Shown here in pieces: positions 49,811 to 60,737 of a DNA stretch of 64,000 bases; position 1 is the stretch's first letter, and every line of letters begins with the position of its first letter. Source of the DNA: a virus (taxonomy: Duplodnaviria; Caudoviricetes); the IMG/VR virus record IMGVR_UViG_2687453464_000002, positions 1 through 64,000 of that record. One strand, written 5' to 3'. The notes below the pieces were generated by a model. It saw only the letters and a program-made list of their open reading frames with translations, made no database searches and had not been told where the DNA came from. The position numbers and the translations under genes are program-made.

Positions 49811-50347
49811 TTAACTCCCGTAACTGGTTATCTCGGACGTCACCATGTAGGAGGCCGAGTATGCGGTGCCTTGTGTGGCATTTTGAAAGGACATGTCGAA
49901 CCACGAACGCAGGTTTTTACTGCGCATCACCGCGTTCTTAAAATCCTGAATATGCTGCTCGTTCACCGGTTTCCCGGCTTGCTCAACCACCAGCGAAAAC
50001 GTGTACGGCTCCCCGCGCGGCGTCTGTTCAAACCACTCGGTTAACTGGTAGGTGAAGGGCAGACCTTCCAGCGCCGTCTCTATCGCACCACGCGTCCCCC
50101 GGTGTCGGTGAATATAGGTAGCGCTCCGTATGGCTGCGCGCTTTTGTTCCTCGCTCCACTCAGGCAACCAGGTATCTACGCTGTATTCCCATGCCAGCCA
50201 TGGGAGCAGCTCCGCCGGGCACGTGTCGGGGTTCTTTACGGCGCGGATGAGGTCGGGGATCGACAGCACCTCTGTCGTGGTTGCCTCTTCCAGCGCCCGC
50301 TCGGCGGGCAGCGCATTAGGCGGCAATAACGTTTTATGCATCGACAT
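49811..50347 (-). CDS. gpI-like tail protein
   Basis: LLPPN...[16 protein letters not shown]. Confidence 0.9.
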   Translation of the reverse strand: MSMHKTLLPPNALPAERALEEATTTEVLSIPDLIRAVKNPDTCPAELLPWLAWEYSVDTWLPEWSEEQKRAAIRSATYIHRHRGTRGAIETALEGLPFTYQLTEWFEQTPRGEPYTFSLVVEQAGKPVNEQHIQDFKNAVMRSKNLRSWFDMSFQNATQGTAYSASYMVTSEITSYGS

Positions 50348-51251
50348 TGACGATCACCTTTTTCAGCGTGATTTCCGTGCAAAGCGGCGCCTGACCGATA
50401 TCCATCAGCAGATCATCGACCGGCGAGGCCAGCTTAACCGTGACCACACCCGGCTGATGCAGCGCCCGGTCAATCCCCGAACGTGATACGCGGCTGCCGA
50501 TCCGGTGTGTCTGTTCGAGGTAGGTTTCCAGCGCCCGCCGTGATGCACTCATCACCGTGTCGATATCCGGGCCGGAGGGGATGTAGATATCTGCCGTTAC
50601 CACGAACTTCACCATTGCCGCCGGCTTCACGGTGACAAAGTCGGTCATGGGCCGGACGTCCTTCGCATTAACGGCCTGATTGACCTTTTCCAACACCTCC
50701 GCCGTGGGGATACCGTCGTTATCACGGGAAAGCACGTAAATATCTACCTCGCCGCGCCGGCCATGATCCAGCGGCCCATAAGCGCGAACATCCAGAATAG
50801 AGGGGTCTGCAGAAGCGGCAAAGAAGGTATAGGCGTTCTCGGCGCCGGCGGTGCTGAGTCGTGACCAGGCCAACTGGATGCGCGTGCGAAACGCGTCATC
50901 ATCTTCATAAACCGGCTCAACCGGCGGCACTGCATTCGGATCGCCCGGATTTATCAGCAACCGCGCCACGTCAAAGTTTGCGCCAATCTGGTCAAGGTCA
51001 GCGCCTTTTGCGCTGGCCAACAGCACGGCGCGGATGGAGTCATTCATCGCCACGCGTAACAGCGTGGAGTGATAGGCCAGAACTTCACCCTGTTTGTACA
51101 CCGGATCGGAAGGCAGCAGCGCATCATAGACCGGGTCCAGCCCGCGCAGACGGTTTAACCACCCTTCAAAAATCAGGCCGGCGTCCGGGACTTTCACCGC
51201 ATCCGGCACCGGCAGCTCGGAAAGGTTAATTGTTGCTGAATTCGTCGCCAT
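50334..51251 (-). CDS. gpJ-like baseplate protein
   Basis: INLSELPVP...LSTAGAENAY...VRPMTD. Confidence 0.9.
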   Translation of the reverse strand: MATNSATINLSELPVPDAVKVPDAGLIFEGWLNRLRGLDPVYDALLPSDPVYKQGEVLAYHSTLLRVAMNDSIRAVLLASAKGADLDQIGANFDVARLLINPGDPNAVPPVEPVYEDDDAFRTRIQLAWSRLSTAGAENAYTFFAASADPSILDVRAYGPLDHGRRGEVDIYVLSRDNDGIPTAEVLEKVNQAVNAKDVRPMTDFVTVKPAAMVKFVVTADIYIPSGPDIDTVMSASRRALETYLEQTHRIGSRVSRSGIDRALHQPGVVTVKLASPVDDLLMDIGQAPLCTEITLKKVIVNVDA

Positions 51252-51585
51252 TAATGCTTATCTCCGTCAACGTGATCGGCTGGCTGCTCTCTATGTCCGT
51301 GCCAACGATGGTGAGGTCAAAATGACCGTGGGTAACAAACGCCACCTGTACCGATGACACACGAATGCGTGGCTCCCAGCGAGCCAGGGCGCCGGCCGTC
51401 GCCGCAATAATACGGACGCGGTTGCTTTCGTCCTGCGGGTTATCGACCAGATCAACCAGCTCGCTCCCGTAGTCACGGCGCAGCACACGCGAGCCGATCG
51501 GCGTGGTGAGTATGTCAATGACGGATTGCCGTAAATGCTCAGTGCCGGAGAGCCGCTTGCCGTTGCCGGCATTAACACCGTGCAT
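51226..51585 (-). CDS. gpW-like baseplate protein
   Basis: HLRQSVIDILTTPIGSR...WEPR. Confidence 0.9.
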   Translation of the reverse strand: MHGVNAGNGKRLSGTEHLRQSVIDILTTPIGSRVLRRDYGSELVDLVDNPQDESNRVRIIAATAGALARWEPRIRVSSVQVAFVTHGHFDLTIVGTDIESSQPITLTEISINGDEFSNN

Positions 51586-51622
51586 GATTACCCCCATAAT
51601 AAAAAACCCGCACAATCGCGGG

Positions 51623-52243
51623 TCACATCTTGCTGTTTGGCTCGCCTGTCGTGCCGCCGCTGTCTCCTGGGTGAGCGTGGTTGTTATAAACCTCCCTCAC
51701 CCGATCCAGCGTGCTCTTGCCATCCGATATCTGGCCGCTGACGGACAAGTCCCCGTTAATGCCGGTGTTGGCATTGATCTGCGTTATACCCTGAACCGTC
51801 AGAGTGTCGGTGATCTCCACCGGGCCGCGAAGCGTCCCCTTACCCTCAATCTCATACGTGCCGCCCTCGGCAATAATGATTTTCAGGGCATGGGCATCGC
51901 GGTCATAACGGATTTCCGTGCCGTCACTGTATCGGGTGACATGCTCGCTCTCGCTCCCGTCCGGGACCGGCATTTTCCCCGTGTTCCAGCCGGGGAACAC
52001 CCGGCCGTTATTCAGGTCGCCGGCTTCGCTGATGACGGTAACGGCATCCCCTACGGCAATCGGGTTAGAGTCAGCCCTGTTGGCGCTGGATGACGGCTGG
52101 CAGACCGGCAACCAGGTCGTGGTAATGTCGCCTATCTCTACCCGGCATTGCGGCTGCGGGCCGTGCTTAACTGCCTGAACGACGCCACGGCGGATCATGT
52201 TGGCCACGCGCCGGGCAAGGTCCCCCATATCCTGTGACATCAT
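51623..52243 (-). CDS. gpV-like baseplate spike
   Basis: NMIRRGVV...YSDGTEIRYD...HAHPGD. Confidence 0.9.
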   Translation of the reverse strand: MMSQDMGDLARRVANMIRRGVVQAVKHGPQPQCRVEIGDITTTWLPVCQPSSSANRADSNPIAVGDAVTVISEAGDLNNGRVFPGWNTGKMPVPDGSESEHVTRYSDGTEIRYDRDAHALKIIIAEGGTYEIEGKGTLRGPVEITDTLTVQGITQINANTGINGDLSVSGQISDGKSTLDRVREVYNNHAHPGDSGGTTGEPNSKM

Positions 52244-52779
52244 TCCTCCTTGCGCTTGTAGATAAGCCGGTAATCATTAATGTGCGCAGCACCAATTTCC
52301 GGCGCCGCACCCAGCCAGACCTCACGCAGCGGACCGGCAACAGATTCGAACGGGTCTTCCCCCATGGCTGCAGACTGGCTATACGTGATGCGCCAGACGA
52401 TATAATCATCCATTGCAGGATCGAAGCTGTCCGGCCCCGCGCTGATAAACGCAGCTGGCTGCAGCCCTTCAAGCCCGAAGGTTTGTCCGTTGATCCACTG
52501 GCTGATATCCGCCGCCGCCGAGCGGGCGTAAATTTGGGGTTTATCGATGGTGTTGCTGGCCTTGTCGATCACCACAAACAAATCACATTCAAACTCAACA
52601 TTGAGCTGCCCGTCACTGCTCGGCGACTGTTCCCAGCCCATGATCGAAAAGAACACGGCCGGCGTGGTGATCTGCGTTGCCTGTTCCGGGTAGTCGTCGG
52701 CATTGTTTACCCACGACAACGACCGCAGCGCCTCAATGACCGCGTCGTGATAGGTCGGCATTAAAATAGGCTTGGCCAC
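52240..52779 (-). CDS. Probable tail terminator/completion protein
   Basis: Position between head-tail and baseplate genes; TPAVF...YIVW. Confidence 0.55.
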   Translation of the reverse strand: MAKPILMPTYHDAVIEALRSLSWVNNADDYPEQATQITTPAVFFSIMGWEQSPSSDGQLNVEFECDLFVVIDKASNTIDKPQIYARSAAADISQWINGQTFGLEGLQPAAFISAGPDSFDPAMDDYIVWRITYSQSAAMGEDPFESVAGPLREVWLGAAPEIGAAHINDYRLIYKRKEE

Positions 52780-53451
52780 TTACTTCCTCCAGCTGTTCAC
52801 ATTAACCCGCGCCTTTACCCTGCCCCGGATATCGGTTTCAAAGTGATGCAGGAATATTTCAACAACATCCGCAAGCGCGTTGTCTTCGATGTAATCCAGC
52901 ATCGGCGCATAAATATCGACTTCGGCTTCGCGGGTACGCCGCGTCGCCGGGTCGCGGATCAGCACCGTCCGGCGTCCTTCTCGTTTGCTCCGTCCGACCT
53001 CGCCATTCTCAAACGTTCTGGCTGACAACAGGTTGCCGCGCGGTTCAAAACCCACAGAGTTTGCCCGCCGGCGCGACGGAGCATAGCGCCCGGTTTTCGG
53101 GTCACGGCGGGTATGATGCGGACGCATACGGCCGTTAATACGCCCCTTCAGGTCCTTGACCTTGATTGCATTCAGACCGAACCACAAGCGCCCTTCATCA
53201 AGCAGCGAGCCGCGAGAAACACGAAAGGAAAGCAGGCGCTTTCTCACCATCGCCATACTGCGCGGCGCCAGCCCATCCTTGATATCCGCCATGGCCCGTT
53301 TGCGCATGGTGGCGGCGGTTCGCTTCAATGCGCGGGAATACGCGGTCATGTACTGCTTGTGCGTTGCCCCGACGGCCAGGGCAATGTCACGCAGAACCAT
53401 GGTGTCGATATCGATCGGGAGATCACGGCGTAACCGCGTAGTCCTGGCCAT
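52780..53451 (-). CDS. gpZ-like minor tail/neck protein
   Basis: Basic; SRALKRTA motif; position. Confidence 0.55.
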   Translation of the reverse strand: MARTTRLRRDLPIDIDTMVLRDIALAVGATHKQYMTAYSRALKRTAATMRKRAMADIKDGLAPRSMAMVRKRLLSFRVSRGSLLDEGRLWFGLNAIKVKDLKGRINGRMRPHHTRRDPKTGRYAPSRRRANSVGFEPRGNLLSARTFENGEVGRSKREGRRTVLIRDPATRRTREAEVDIYAPMLDYIEDNALADVVEIFLHHFETDIRGRVKARVNVNSWRK

Positions 53452-53453
53452 CG

Positions 53454-53813
53454 TTACTTACTCCATTTGTTAATGGGGTCCACCTCTTTCCCAGGGACGC
53501 CTCTGGCAAGCTTCACGCGCGTTCTGCCCGCTTCATCAGCACCGATATGCGTCACCCAATAGCTGGCCCCGCCGATCAACGCCTGGCATTTCTTTTCAAG
53601 CCCAACAATGTCAGCCGTATACACGCTGATAGCTGGCGCATGATCCTGAATTTCACCGCCGCCCTGCACCAGGGCCATATCATCCGGGCTTTCAAAAATT
53701 GCGACGACCGGACGGGCTTGCCCCTCAATGACTAAAACCACCGAGGGGTCTTCGGCGAAATAGCGGTCCACACGACGATCAGCACGCTGCATCCGTTCCG
53801 TGAACCGGTTCAT
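53454..53813 (-). CDS. Head-tail joining protein (lambda gpFII-like)
   Basis: Position; AIFESP...YWVTHIGAD. Confidence 0.6.
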   Translation of the reverse strand: MNRFTERMQRADRRVDRYFAEDPSVVLVIEGQARPVVAIFESPDDMALVQGGGEIQDHAPAISVYTADIVGLEKKCQALIGGASYWVTHIGADEAGRTRVKLARGVPGKEVDPINKWSK

Positions 53814-54158
53814 TTAGAAACCCAGCCGCACCGGGGCATCTTCCTGTCCGGCCTCGCCGGCGCTCCATGCCGAACCAGCAAAAGGAAGCGCAGTTGTAGC
53901 GCCATCAGTAGCTTTCGCCGTCAGCGCACCGGAGGTGTTGAGATAAACCTTGTCACCCACCGCCCAGGTGTCATCCGCCACCTTGGGCAGTACAAACACT
54001 CCGACGGTATGCAGCACGCCCCACGCCCCTGCTGGGATATCGGCATGTGCAACACCGACAATGCCACCGACGGCTACCGGCTGACCGGACTCAATCAGTT
54101 TTGCCGACGTGTTCTCGTAATCCAGCGTGGTGCCATCCTGCTGTAAATTCTTTGCCAT
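53814..54158 (-). CDS. DUF2190-family capsid cement protein
   Basis: MAKNLQQDG...GVA..DI..G..G.L...GVF.LPK. Confidence 0.8.
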   Translation of the reverse strand: MAKNLQQDGTTLDYENTSAKLIESGQPVAVGGIVGVAHADIPAGAWGVLHTVGVFVLPKVADDTWAVGDKVYLNTSGALTAKATDGATTALPFAGSAWSAGEAGQEDAPVRLGF

Positions 54159-54236
54159 AATGATTTTCTCCAGAAAGTAAAATGGGTGGCGACGCCACCC
54201 ACGGACATAAAAAAACCGCCGTTATCGGGCGGTTTA

Positions 54237-56324
54237 TCAGGCTTTGCCGGTAGACTTCACCAGACCGCGCCAATCCATCGGCGCGACGCCGGCGTCAATG
54301 CGTACCTTGAATGCCGCACCGTCAATGGTGAAGCCCTGCTGCTGTTCCAGATATGGCGTATCAATGCCATCCAGATACGCCACTTCGATCGTGTCCTTGC
54401 CCTGTGCTGCCGTCAGATACCATGCTTCCGCGCTGTTATCATCCAGACGCGCTTCGGAGATAACTTCCACAAAGTTCTGGATCGGGTTGTTGATGCCGCT
54501 GTTGGCATCTGCGCCCGGTACGCTGGCAGAGCGGATCAGCTGATTGGCTTTCGACTCCAGCGCCACCGGCGTCAGCATATAAGCCGGACGAATGTTAAGC
54601 TTACGCTTGCCGTTGGTCTGCAGCAGCATCGCCTGGCGGGCCTTATCCAGTCCGTCAATAGTGAGAGGCTGGTTCACCAGGTTATTGTGATCCGCACTGA
54701 ACAGGGCTTTCCCGTCGCTCATTTTCTGGTTGCTGGTCAGCACCGCCCAGACCAGTTCGCCGACGGTATAACGCGCAGCGCCGCCCATCATCGCAGGAAT
54801 ACGCGTCAGCATGTCCATGTCATCGTTAATGATGGTCTGGCGGTCAATGCTGAACAGTTCGCCATAGGTTGCCAGGGCGATAGGCTCCCCCTTGTCACCG
54901 ACCGTAATGTATTTGTATTCCGCACCCGGCTTCACTTCACGCAACTTGTCCAGCGCGCCCAGGCCAACGCGGTGCGCGGTTTTAAAGTCGGTCAGCGTGC
55001 CTTTACGCGTCCAGCGGTCAAAGGTTTCATTCGCCTCCTCCCACCCTAACAGCGTAGATTTATGGGCCACATCCATCAGGATGTTGCCAAAGTCGGAGCT
55101 TGAATGGGTAAATGCCAGACCGACCACACCCTGACCAGACATGCCGGCTACGCCAATGCCGCGATCAACCAGCGAGGCGCGCGCCAGTTCACGCAGCGTC
55201 ATCCCCTGGTAAGGGTTGTCTTTTTCCGCCTGCGCATGACCGGCACGGCTCATTACCGAGGCACGGACCGAATCACCGACCAGGTTACCGTTGCCGGCAT
55301 GGATATGCGCGGCACTGGCGCCAATGCTCGGCGTGGTGCCTTCCGCCAGCTTAGCCAGCAGGCGATCTTTCGCCATGTTCGCATCGCAGCTCATGTCGTT
55401 GATGCACTCGGTGCGCAGCGCGGCCAACTGAGGAAAACCTTCAAAGACGGCATTCACATCCGTGATGCGTGCGGTGTTGTTGGCCTGAAACGTCTGCTGC
55501 AGCTGCGCCGCCAGCGCCGCCACATCGATTTGTGGAGCCTGTGCGACCGGCGTGGATGGAGCAGGCGCCGGCTGAGAGACCGGAGCCGGGTTCTGTGGAT
55601 TTTGCGCGTTAGGTGCCGAGGTCTGCGCACGTGCGCCGAAGAGGTGATTAGCTGCTTGTGGCATATTGTGATAATCCTTCAGTTTGTTTTGATTGAGCGA
55701 TGCGGCTGCATCGAGTGGTTCTTCCAGCACATCAGCGAAGCCTTTAGCAACCGCCTCCGCACCATCCATCCAGGTTTCGGCCTTCAGTAACGCCGCGATT
55801 TCCTCCCGCGACAGACCGGTTTTCGACATATACGCCGCCAGCATCATCTCCTCGTTACGATCGAGGAAATTGGCATAATCGCGCATTTCATCAGAATCCC
55901 CGGCCATACCGCCCCACGGCTTGTGGATCATGATCCAGGCATTGGAGGGCATATGTACCGTGGCATTCGGCAGGCAGGCGATAACCGAAGCCATACTCGC
56001 CGCCAGGCCGTCGATATAGATATCGACCTGCCCGGTCAGCCGCTGCAGCGTGTTGTAAATGGCGAACCCGTGCATCACATCCCCGCCGGGGCTGTGGATG
56101 TGCAGCTCAACGTTTGTGGCCTCGAACACGCCGGCGTCGCGGCAGTCGTTGATAAAGGATTGCGCCGAAATACCCCAGCGGCCGATCTCTTCATAGAGAT
56201 AGATTTCTACCTGCCCCGGACGGCCCAGCGCGGCACGGATTTCATACCAGGTTTCGGTATTCACCGCGTCGATACCGCTAAGACTTGCTTTCGGGGTCAT
56301 CCACCCCGGATTTTTTTGTTTCAT
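54237..56324 (-). CDS. ClpP-like prohead protease/major capsid fusion
   Basis: IHSPGGDV, GLAASMAS and MIHKPW (ClpP) followed by AFTHSSSDF capsid domain; ATG 56324 preferred. Confidence 0.92.
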   Translation of the reverse strand: MKQKNPGWMTPKASLSGIDAVNTETWYEIRAALGRPGQVEIYLYEEIGRWGISAQSFINDCRDAGVFEATNVELHIHSPGGDVMHGFAIYNTLQRLTGQVDIYIDGLAASMASVIACLPNATVHMPSNAWIMIHKPWGGMAGDSDEMRDYANFLDRNEEMMLAAYMSKTGLSREEIAALLKAETWMDGAEAVAKGFADVLEEPLDAAASLNQNKLKDYHNMPQAANHLFGARAQTSAPNAQNPQNPAPVSQPAPAPSTPVAQAPQIDVAALAAQLQQTFQANNTARITDVNAVFEGFPQLAALRTECINDMSCDANMAKDRLLAKLAEGTTPSIGASAAHIHAGNGNLVGDSVRASVMSRAGHAQAEKDNPYQGMTLRELARASLVDRGIGVAGMSGQGVVGLAFTHSSSDFGNILMDVAHKSTLLGWEEANETFDRWTRKGTLTDFKTAHRVGLGALDKLREVKPGAEYKYITVGDKGEPIALATYGELFSIDRQTIINDDMDMLTRIPAMMGGAARYTVGELVWAVLTSNQKMSDGKALFSADHNNLVNQPLTIDGLDKARQAMLLQTNGKRKLNIRPAYMLTPVALESKANQLIRSASVPGADANSGINNPIQNFVEVISEARLDDNSAEAWYLTAAQGKDTIEVAYLDGIDTPYLEQQQGFTIDGAAFKVRIDAGVAPMDWRGLVKSTGKA

Positions 56325-57789
56325 TCGCTTTCGCTCCTGAGTCGTTGGCTGCGTCAGAGTCCAGCACCAGACCGTGATCGCGGTTAAATTCAACTTCACG
56401 TACACGCTGGCGTTTAATCTCCTGCGGTGACTTGCCGCGCGCGCGTACCCATTCGGCCTCGGTGCCAGCCCCACCGCGCACGATGGTTTTCCACGATTCA
56501 GCCTCTTTCACCGGATCAATCCACGGCATTACCGGCCCCAGATAGAGCGCGTTGTACAGCGAGGACATATCCACATCATCGGGAAGGCGGATTTTCGACA
56601 GACGCAACATATCTACCCAGGCACGGTAAACCGGGCGGCTGTATTGACCGACAAACCAGTTCTGCAGGACGTTGTAGCCCTCGAACCCTTCCACCAGCTC
56701 CTGGCGCTGGCTGGAATAACTGCCGTTATAGTCACGGGAAATACTGGAATAACCGCTGCGCGTACCGCCGGCAACGGCGCGGAGCTGGCCGTTACGGTAT
56801 TCAGACAGGTGCACATTGGGCCGGTTTGACTCAACCATCCCCAGATCCTCACCGGGGCGCAGTTCGTCAAAGATCATGCCCGGCGCAATGTCAAAGTTAC
56901 GCGCAGTGCCTGGCTCCGAAAACTCCCCATCTTCGCTTGCCGCACTATCGCCACGCTTGATATAGAAGCTCAGCGCCGCAGCGATACGCGCCGCAACACG
57001 TTCCGACTCTTCGTAATCCTTGATATCTGCCAGGCGGGTAATCACACCGTGTAGCAGACTGATCCCGCGCAGCTGGTGCAGCCGCTTGCGCATTGCCAGG
57101 TGTAACATGTTTTCGGCCGGCACCCGCTTGGTCGCCGTAGACATACGCAGCGTGCTGGCTGGATGTGCCTTATACACGTTGTAAGCCAACGGCCGCCCCC
57201 AGGCATTAACCTCAATGCCCTGCTGAACATTCCCGCTGCCAAGACTTCCCAGGTTCATCGGCACAAAGTCCGCCTCCAGGCATTCCAGCGACAGCTGGAT
57301 GCTTGTGGCATGCTTCAGCCCTGATACCGGCCCTCGCACCAGTTGCGAGAACACTTCGCCGTCACGCAGTGCTGAACGCAGGATCAGCCGTTCAACCTCG
57401 GCGCGCGTAAACATGCCGGTGACTTCTGGCCGGACGGACCATTCAGACCAGTGCTTAGCCAGCAGTTCCGCACATTCCTCATGCAGCTTGCCATCCTTCC
57501 GCAACGGCTGCGGCTCGACCTGAATACCCTGCGCCCCGACGACTCGTTCCTCCAGTTTGTCGAGGATGCCGATCACAATATCGTGGTTTTCGTCCAGCCA
57601 GCGCGCCTGCTCACGCAACGACACACCGGCCGCGAATACTGCCGAATCAGCAGAACGCCCCTCGCGCTTGGCTTTTTGAAGCCGTGACACGTTTGCCGCT
57701 TCATACGCCCGCAGCTGATAACGATTTTTGGCGCGTGACAAGGCCCACCCTGGCGCCACAACGCCGAGTGTCTTTTCTATAAATCCCAT
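56278..57789 (-). CDS. Lambda-family portal protein
   Basis: RDGEVF, QLRGIS, YSSQRQ and WIDPVKE motifs. Confidence 0.93.
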   Translation of the reverse strand: MGFIEKTLGVVAPGWALSRAKNRYQLRAYEAANVSRLQKAKREGRSADSAVFAAGVSLREQARWLDENHDIVIGILDKLEERVVGAQGIQVEPQPLRKDGKLHEECAELLAKHWSEWSVRPEVTGMFTRAEVERLILRSALRDGEVFSQLVRGPVSGLKHATSIQLSLECLEADFVPMNLGSLGSGNVQQGIEVNAWGRPLAYNVYKAHPASTLRMSTATKRVPAENMLHLAMRKRLHQLRGISLLHGVITRLADIKDYEESERVAARIAAALSFYIKRGDSAASEDGEFSEPGTARNFDIAPGMIFDELRPGEDLGMVESNRPNVHLSEYRNGQLRAVAGGTRSGYSSISRDYNGSYSSQRQELVEGFEGYNVLQNWFVGQYSRPVYRAWVDMLRLSKIRLPDDVDMSSLYNALYLGPVMPWIDPVKEAESWKTIVRGGAGTEAEWVRARGKSPQEIKRQRVREVEFNRDHGLVLDSDAANDSGAKANETKKSGVDDPESKS

Positions 57790-57796
57790 GGGTTAC

Positions 57797-58012
57797 CTAC
57801 ACGAAGTTAGCGAGCTTATACCCACCGCCACGACAGGACGCCTTGCGCAGCCGGCTTTCCCAATATTCCAGCTCTTCACGCATCGCCGCCGGATCGTGGT
57901 TTGTGATGTTGCGGCCGTTGACGCCGGTAAAAGACACGGATTTACCGTCGAGCGAGTCCATGTAGAACCCCCTGACACGCACCACCATGTCCCGGATTTC
58001 CTGTTTCGTCAT
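57797..58012 (-). CDS. gpW-like head completion protein
   Basis: LDGKSVSF..NGR; between terminase and portal. Confidence 0.7.
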   Translation of the reverse strand: MTKQEIRDMVVRVRGFYMDSLDGKSVSFTGVNGRNITNHDPAAMREELEYWESRLRKASCRGGGYKLANFV

Positions 58013-60126
58013 AACCAGCCTCCTCCCCCCGTACCGCCACCGTTCATCCATCCGCTAGGAGTATGCTGAGGCGCAGCCTGTTTCGGTTCCGCCTTGGTTT
58101 TCTTCTTCGTCAACACGACCTCCCTTGATGAGTTCTCGTTGAAAATATTGGGGTTCGTATCTTGTGATTCAGCCCAGGCTGGCGGCTCATCCCACTTGAT
58201 ACGCTCGTAACGGCGTAACATCACGACGGCATGCACATAGCAAAACAGGTCAAAGGCTTCGTTATTGCCCTTCCCTGGCTTACGCCACTTGCCATCTGAT
58301 CCACGCTCTTCGTAGGTCAGTTCGTCAAAAAACCATTCCCCCAACCAATTCGGGAAGTGAATATACCCGGCGCCTGGCGCTTCACGAATCAGCGCGTTAC
58401 TGAGCTGGTCTTTCAGCGTGTCGGTCTGCAACAGGTAGACAGGAACGTCACCGCGCGCAGCTGCGCGGCGGTCGCTTCGGTCTGTGTTGTCCGGGTGGAT
58501 TTTTGTAATGGTTTTCTGACGCCGGGTGCTGTCCCCTTTGATGAGATACACCCGCTTATGCACGCCATCGCGGCGGCACTGACGCCAGAATTTATACGCG
58601 TTGTCGGTCACGCCATCTTCGCCGCCGCTGTCTACGGCCATGGCGAGGATTGGCATACGCTTGTCCTGATTGCTTTGCAGCCGGTACGTTTTATCGAGCA
58701 CGTCAGTGATCAGCAAGTTCCAGTCCTCCGGGTATGCCCCCGGATGGATCGGCAACGCTTCACCCGTATCGGGATCACACCGCATCGACTGCTTGATGTT
58801 GTACCGGTCCACCAGCCACCGCTCGCCGTTTTCGCCATAGCCGACAATCTGGACCACAAAGCGGCGATTCTTGCCGCCCTGCACATCCACCGCCGCGATC
58901 AGGAATCTGACCTTTGGCGGTACCAGGCGTTTACCGTAATCCTCCACGCGCGCCAGCAGCTCGTCACTGCGGCGCTGTTCAGAGGCAGAACGCGGCAAAT
59001 ACGGCCGGCCCCAGTCGGTATTGATAACCGCCTTGAGCGTTTCCTCCGATCCCGTTGTTTCGTAATCCTGCTCAGCGGTCAGCAGCTTGTAGACGAGCTG
59101 TGACCAGGTCTGATATGCCGCCGCCGGCCCCTCCATCCAGAATGACGCAATACGGGAACGGCGCGGCTCGCCTGTCCGGTTGCCTTCGGCGTCGATCGAC
59201 TCCCCTTCACGCAACCACACACCAGACTGGTTCAAGGTTCGTTTCATATCTGCCGTTATCGTGCCGCTGCAGTGAGGGCAACACATATGCGCAGACTCGC
59301 TGGCCTTGACCGGATCGGGAATTTCCCGGTATCCGGTCATCACTTCCATGATCGGCTGGAAATATTCGCCGCAGTGCGGACACTGCCAATACCATTTGCG
59401 GCGATCGCCACGGTTGAACAAGGAAAGGATGCCGGTGGTTGGCGGGGCCTCATGCTCTGAGCGGCGCCGCCATTTTGAATCCAGAATATCTCGACCTGGT
59501 GAACTCTCTACCAGCGTCATGCCGGCACTCATAAACGTTGTGGTACGTTTTGACGCCAGCGTGAACCCGTCGCCCTCGCCGTCGATATCTTCCTGCATCC
59601 GGTCATAATCTGTCAGCGCGGTGCATTTGTAGTCCGACGAGGACATGATATTGACCGATGGCCAGCCAATCTTCAGATAGTTCCCCGCCAGAAAGGTCCG
59701 ATCGTGAACGTTGTTATCATTGCGCCGGGGGCTGAAACGCTCTGCCACGTCTGGACTCACGCGGAACGTGCGCGCCAGGCGCTTTTTGGAATGTTCCCGC
59801 GCTTTCTCTTCCGAAATTTGTACGACCAGCATATCGGAGGGATCGCACACGATGTTGTAAACAATCCAGCCATCAATCAGGCCGATCGTTTTACCCGTAC
59901 GCGCCGGGCCAACAAACACCACCGCGTCGTATTCACGTGACGCCAGGCAGTTCATCGGCTCAATCACATACGGCGCCACGCTCGGGTCCCACTTAACAGA
60001 GTTGCCCGCTCCCATAGGCACCCGCATAAACTTTTCAACAGCTTCGGCAACCGGCATGCGGCGCGGAGCCTGAATAATACCGGCCATATTCCGCCGGGTT
60101 TCTGCGGCTGATGCCTGTGCGACCAT
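58009..60126 (-). CDS. Terminase large subunit, lambda gpA family
   Basis: GPARTGKT, CPHCGE, AVDVQ, DSGG and NEAFDL motifs. Confidence 0.95.
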   Translation of the reverse strand: MVAQASAAETRRNMAGIIQAPRRMPVAEAVEKFMRVPMGAGNSVKWDPSVAPYVIEPMNCLASREYDAVVFVGPARTGKTIGLIDGWIVYNIVCDPSDMLVVQISEEKAREHSKKRLARTFRVSPDVAERFSPRRNDNNVHDRTFLAGNYLKIGWPSVNIMSSSDYKCTALTDYDRMQEDIDGEGDGFTLASKRTTTFMSAGMTLVESSPGRDILDSKWRRRSEHEAPPTTGILSLFNRGDRRKWYWQCPHCGEYFQPIMEVMTGYREIPDPVKASESAHMCCPHCSGTITADMKRTLNQSGVWLREGESIDAEGNRTGEPRRSRIASFWMEGPAAAYQTWSQLVYKLLTAEQDYETTGSEETLKAVINTDWGRPYLPRSASEQRRSDELLARVEDYGKRLVPPKVRFLIAAVDVQGGKNRRFVVQIVGYGENGERWLVDRYNIKQSMRCDPDTGEALPIHPGAYPEDWNLLITDVLDKTYRLQSNQDKRMPILAMAVDSGGEDGVTDNAYKFWRQCRRDGVHKRVYLIKGDSTRRQKTITKIHPDNTDRSDRRAAARGDVPVYLLQTDTLKDQLSNALIREAPGAGYIHFPNWLGEWFFDELTYEERGSDGKWRKPGKGNNEAFDLFCYVHAVVMLRRYERIKWDEPPAWAESQDTNPNIFNENSSREVVLTKKKTKAEPKQAAPQHTPSGWMNGGGTGGGGWL

Positions 60127-60620
60127 TACTCCTCCTCGGGCATTTCCTCCTCAATCTCTGTATCAGCGTTCATAACCTTCAGCGCTATCTGATCGCGCAG
60201 GTCATCGATAATAGACTGCACACGAGAAACGGCAGACGGCGGCAGCGCGCAATCACGCTCCAAAATATCCGGTAATGTTTCCAGCACCTGAACCATCGCC
60301 TTTGCCATCGCAGAAAATTCGCGGGCAACGTCTTCTGCAGGGATCAGTTCATTGGTTTCCTGTTCAAACTTGAGCCGCTCGCGTTCCGACTGGAACCAGG
60401 CTTTTCTGTCAGGCGGTAGCATTTTGTCAACATCATCCACCGGCGCAGACTTCACCAGTTCAGCCAGCACATCCGGCAGCGTGTAAAGCTTCAGCTTGGC
60501 ATTACTGCCGGGGGCAGGTTCGACGTTTTTCAGGCGTGCCGCGATGGTTTGCCGATGTGATCCCGTAATTGCCGCCAGCTGATTCAGGTTCAGCCTGACG
60601 TTCTCCAATTCTTTACCCAT
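60126..60620 (-). CDS. Terminase small subunit (DUF1441/Nu1-like)
   Basis: wHTH LNLNQLAAITGSHRQT; RKAWFQSERER. Confidence 0.85.
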   Translation of the reverse strand: MGKELENVRLNLNQLAAITGSHRQTIAARLKNVEPAPGSNAKLKLYTLPDVLAELVKSAPVDDVDKMLPPDRKAWFQSERERLKFEQETNELIPAEDVAREFSAMAKAMVQVLETLPDILERDCALPPSAVSRVQSIIDDLRDQIALKVMNADTEIEEEMPEEE

Positions 60621-60737
60621 GATGATGAACACTTTTTATACGATTCGACATCTTGAAAAAATAATTTCAAGTGAAAACAATTACGTGAGCACATGATGAT
60701 GATGTCAATAAAATGCAAAAAACTAGCCGTTTCCCGC

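Noticed and set aside
56325-56474. N-terminal extension of the ClpP-capsid ORF in the track
   Set aside because: Lies within the portal gene; an AGGAG RBS supports the ATG at 56324
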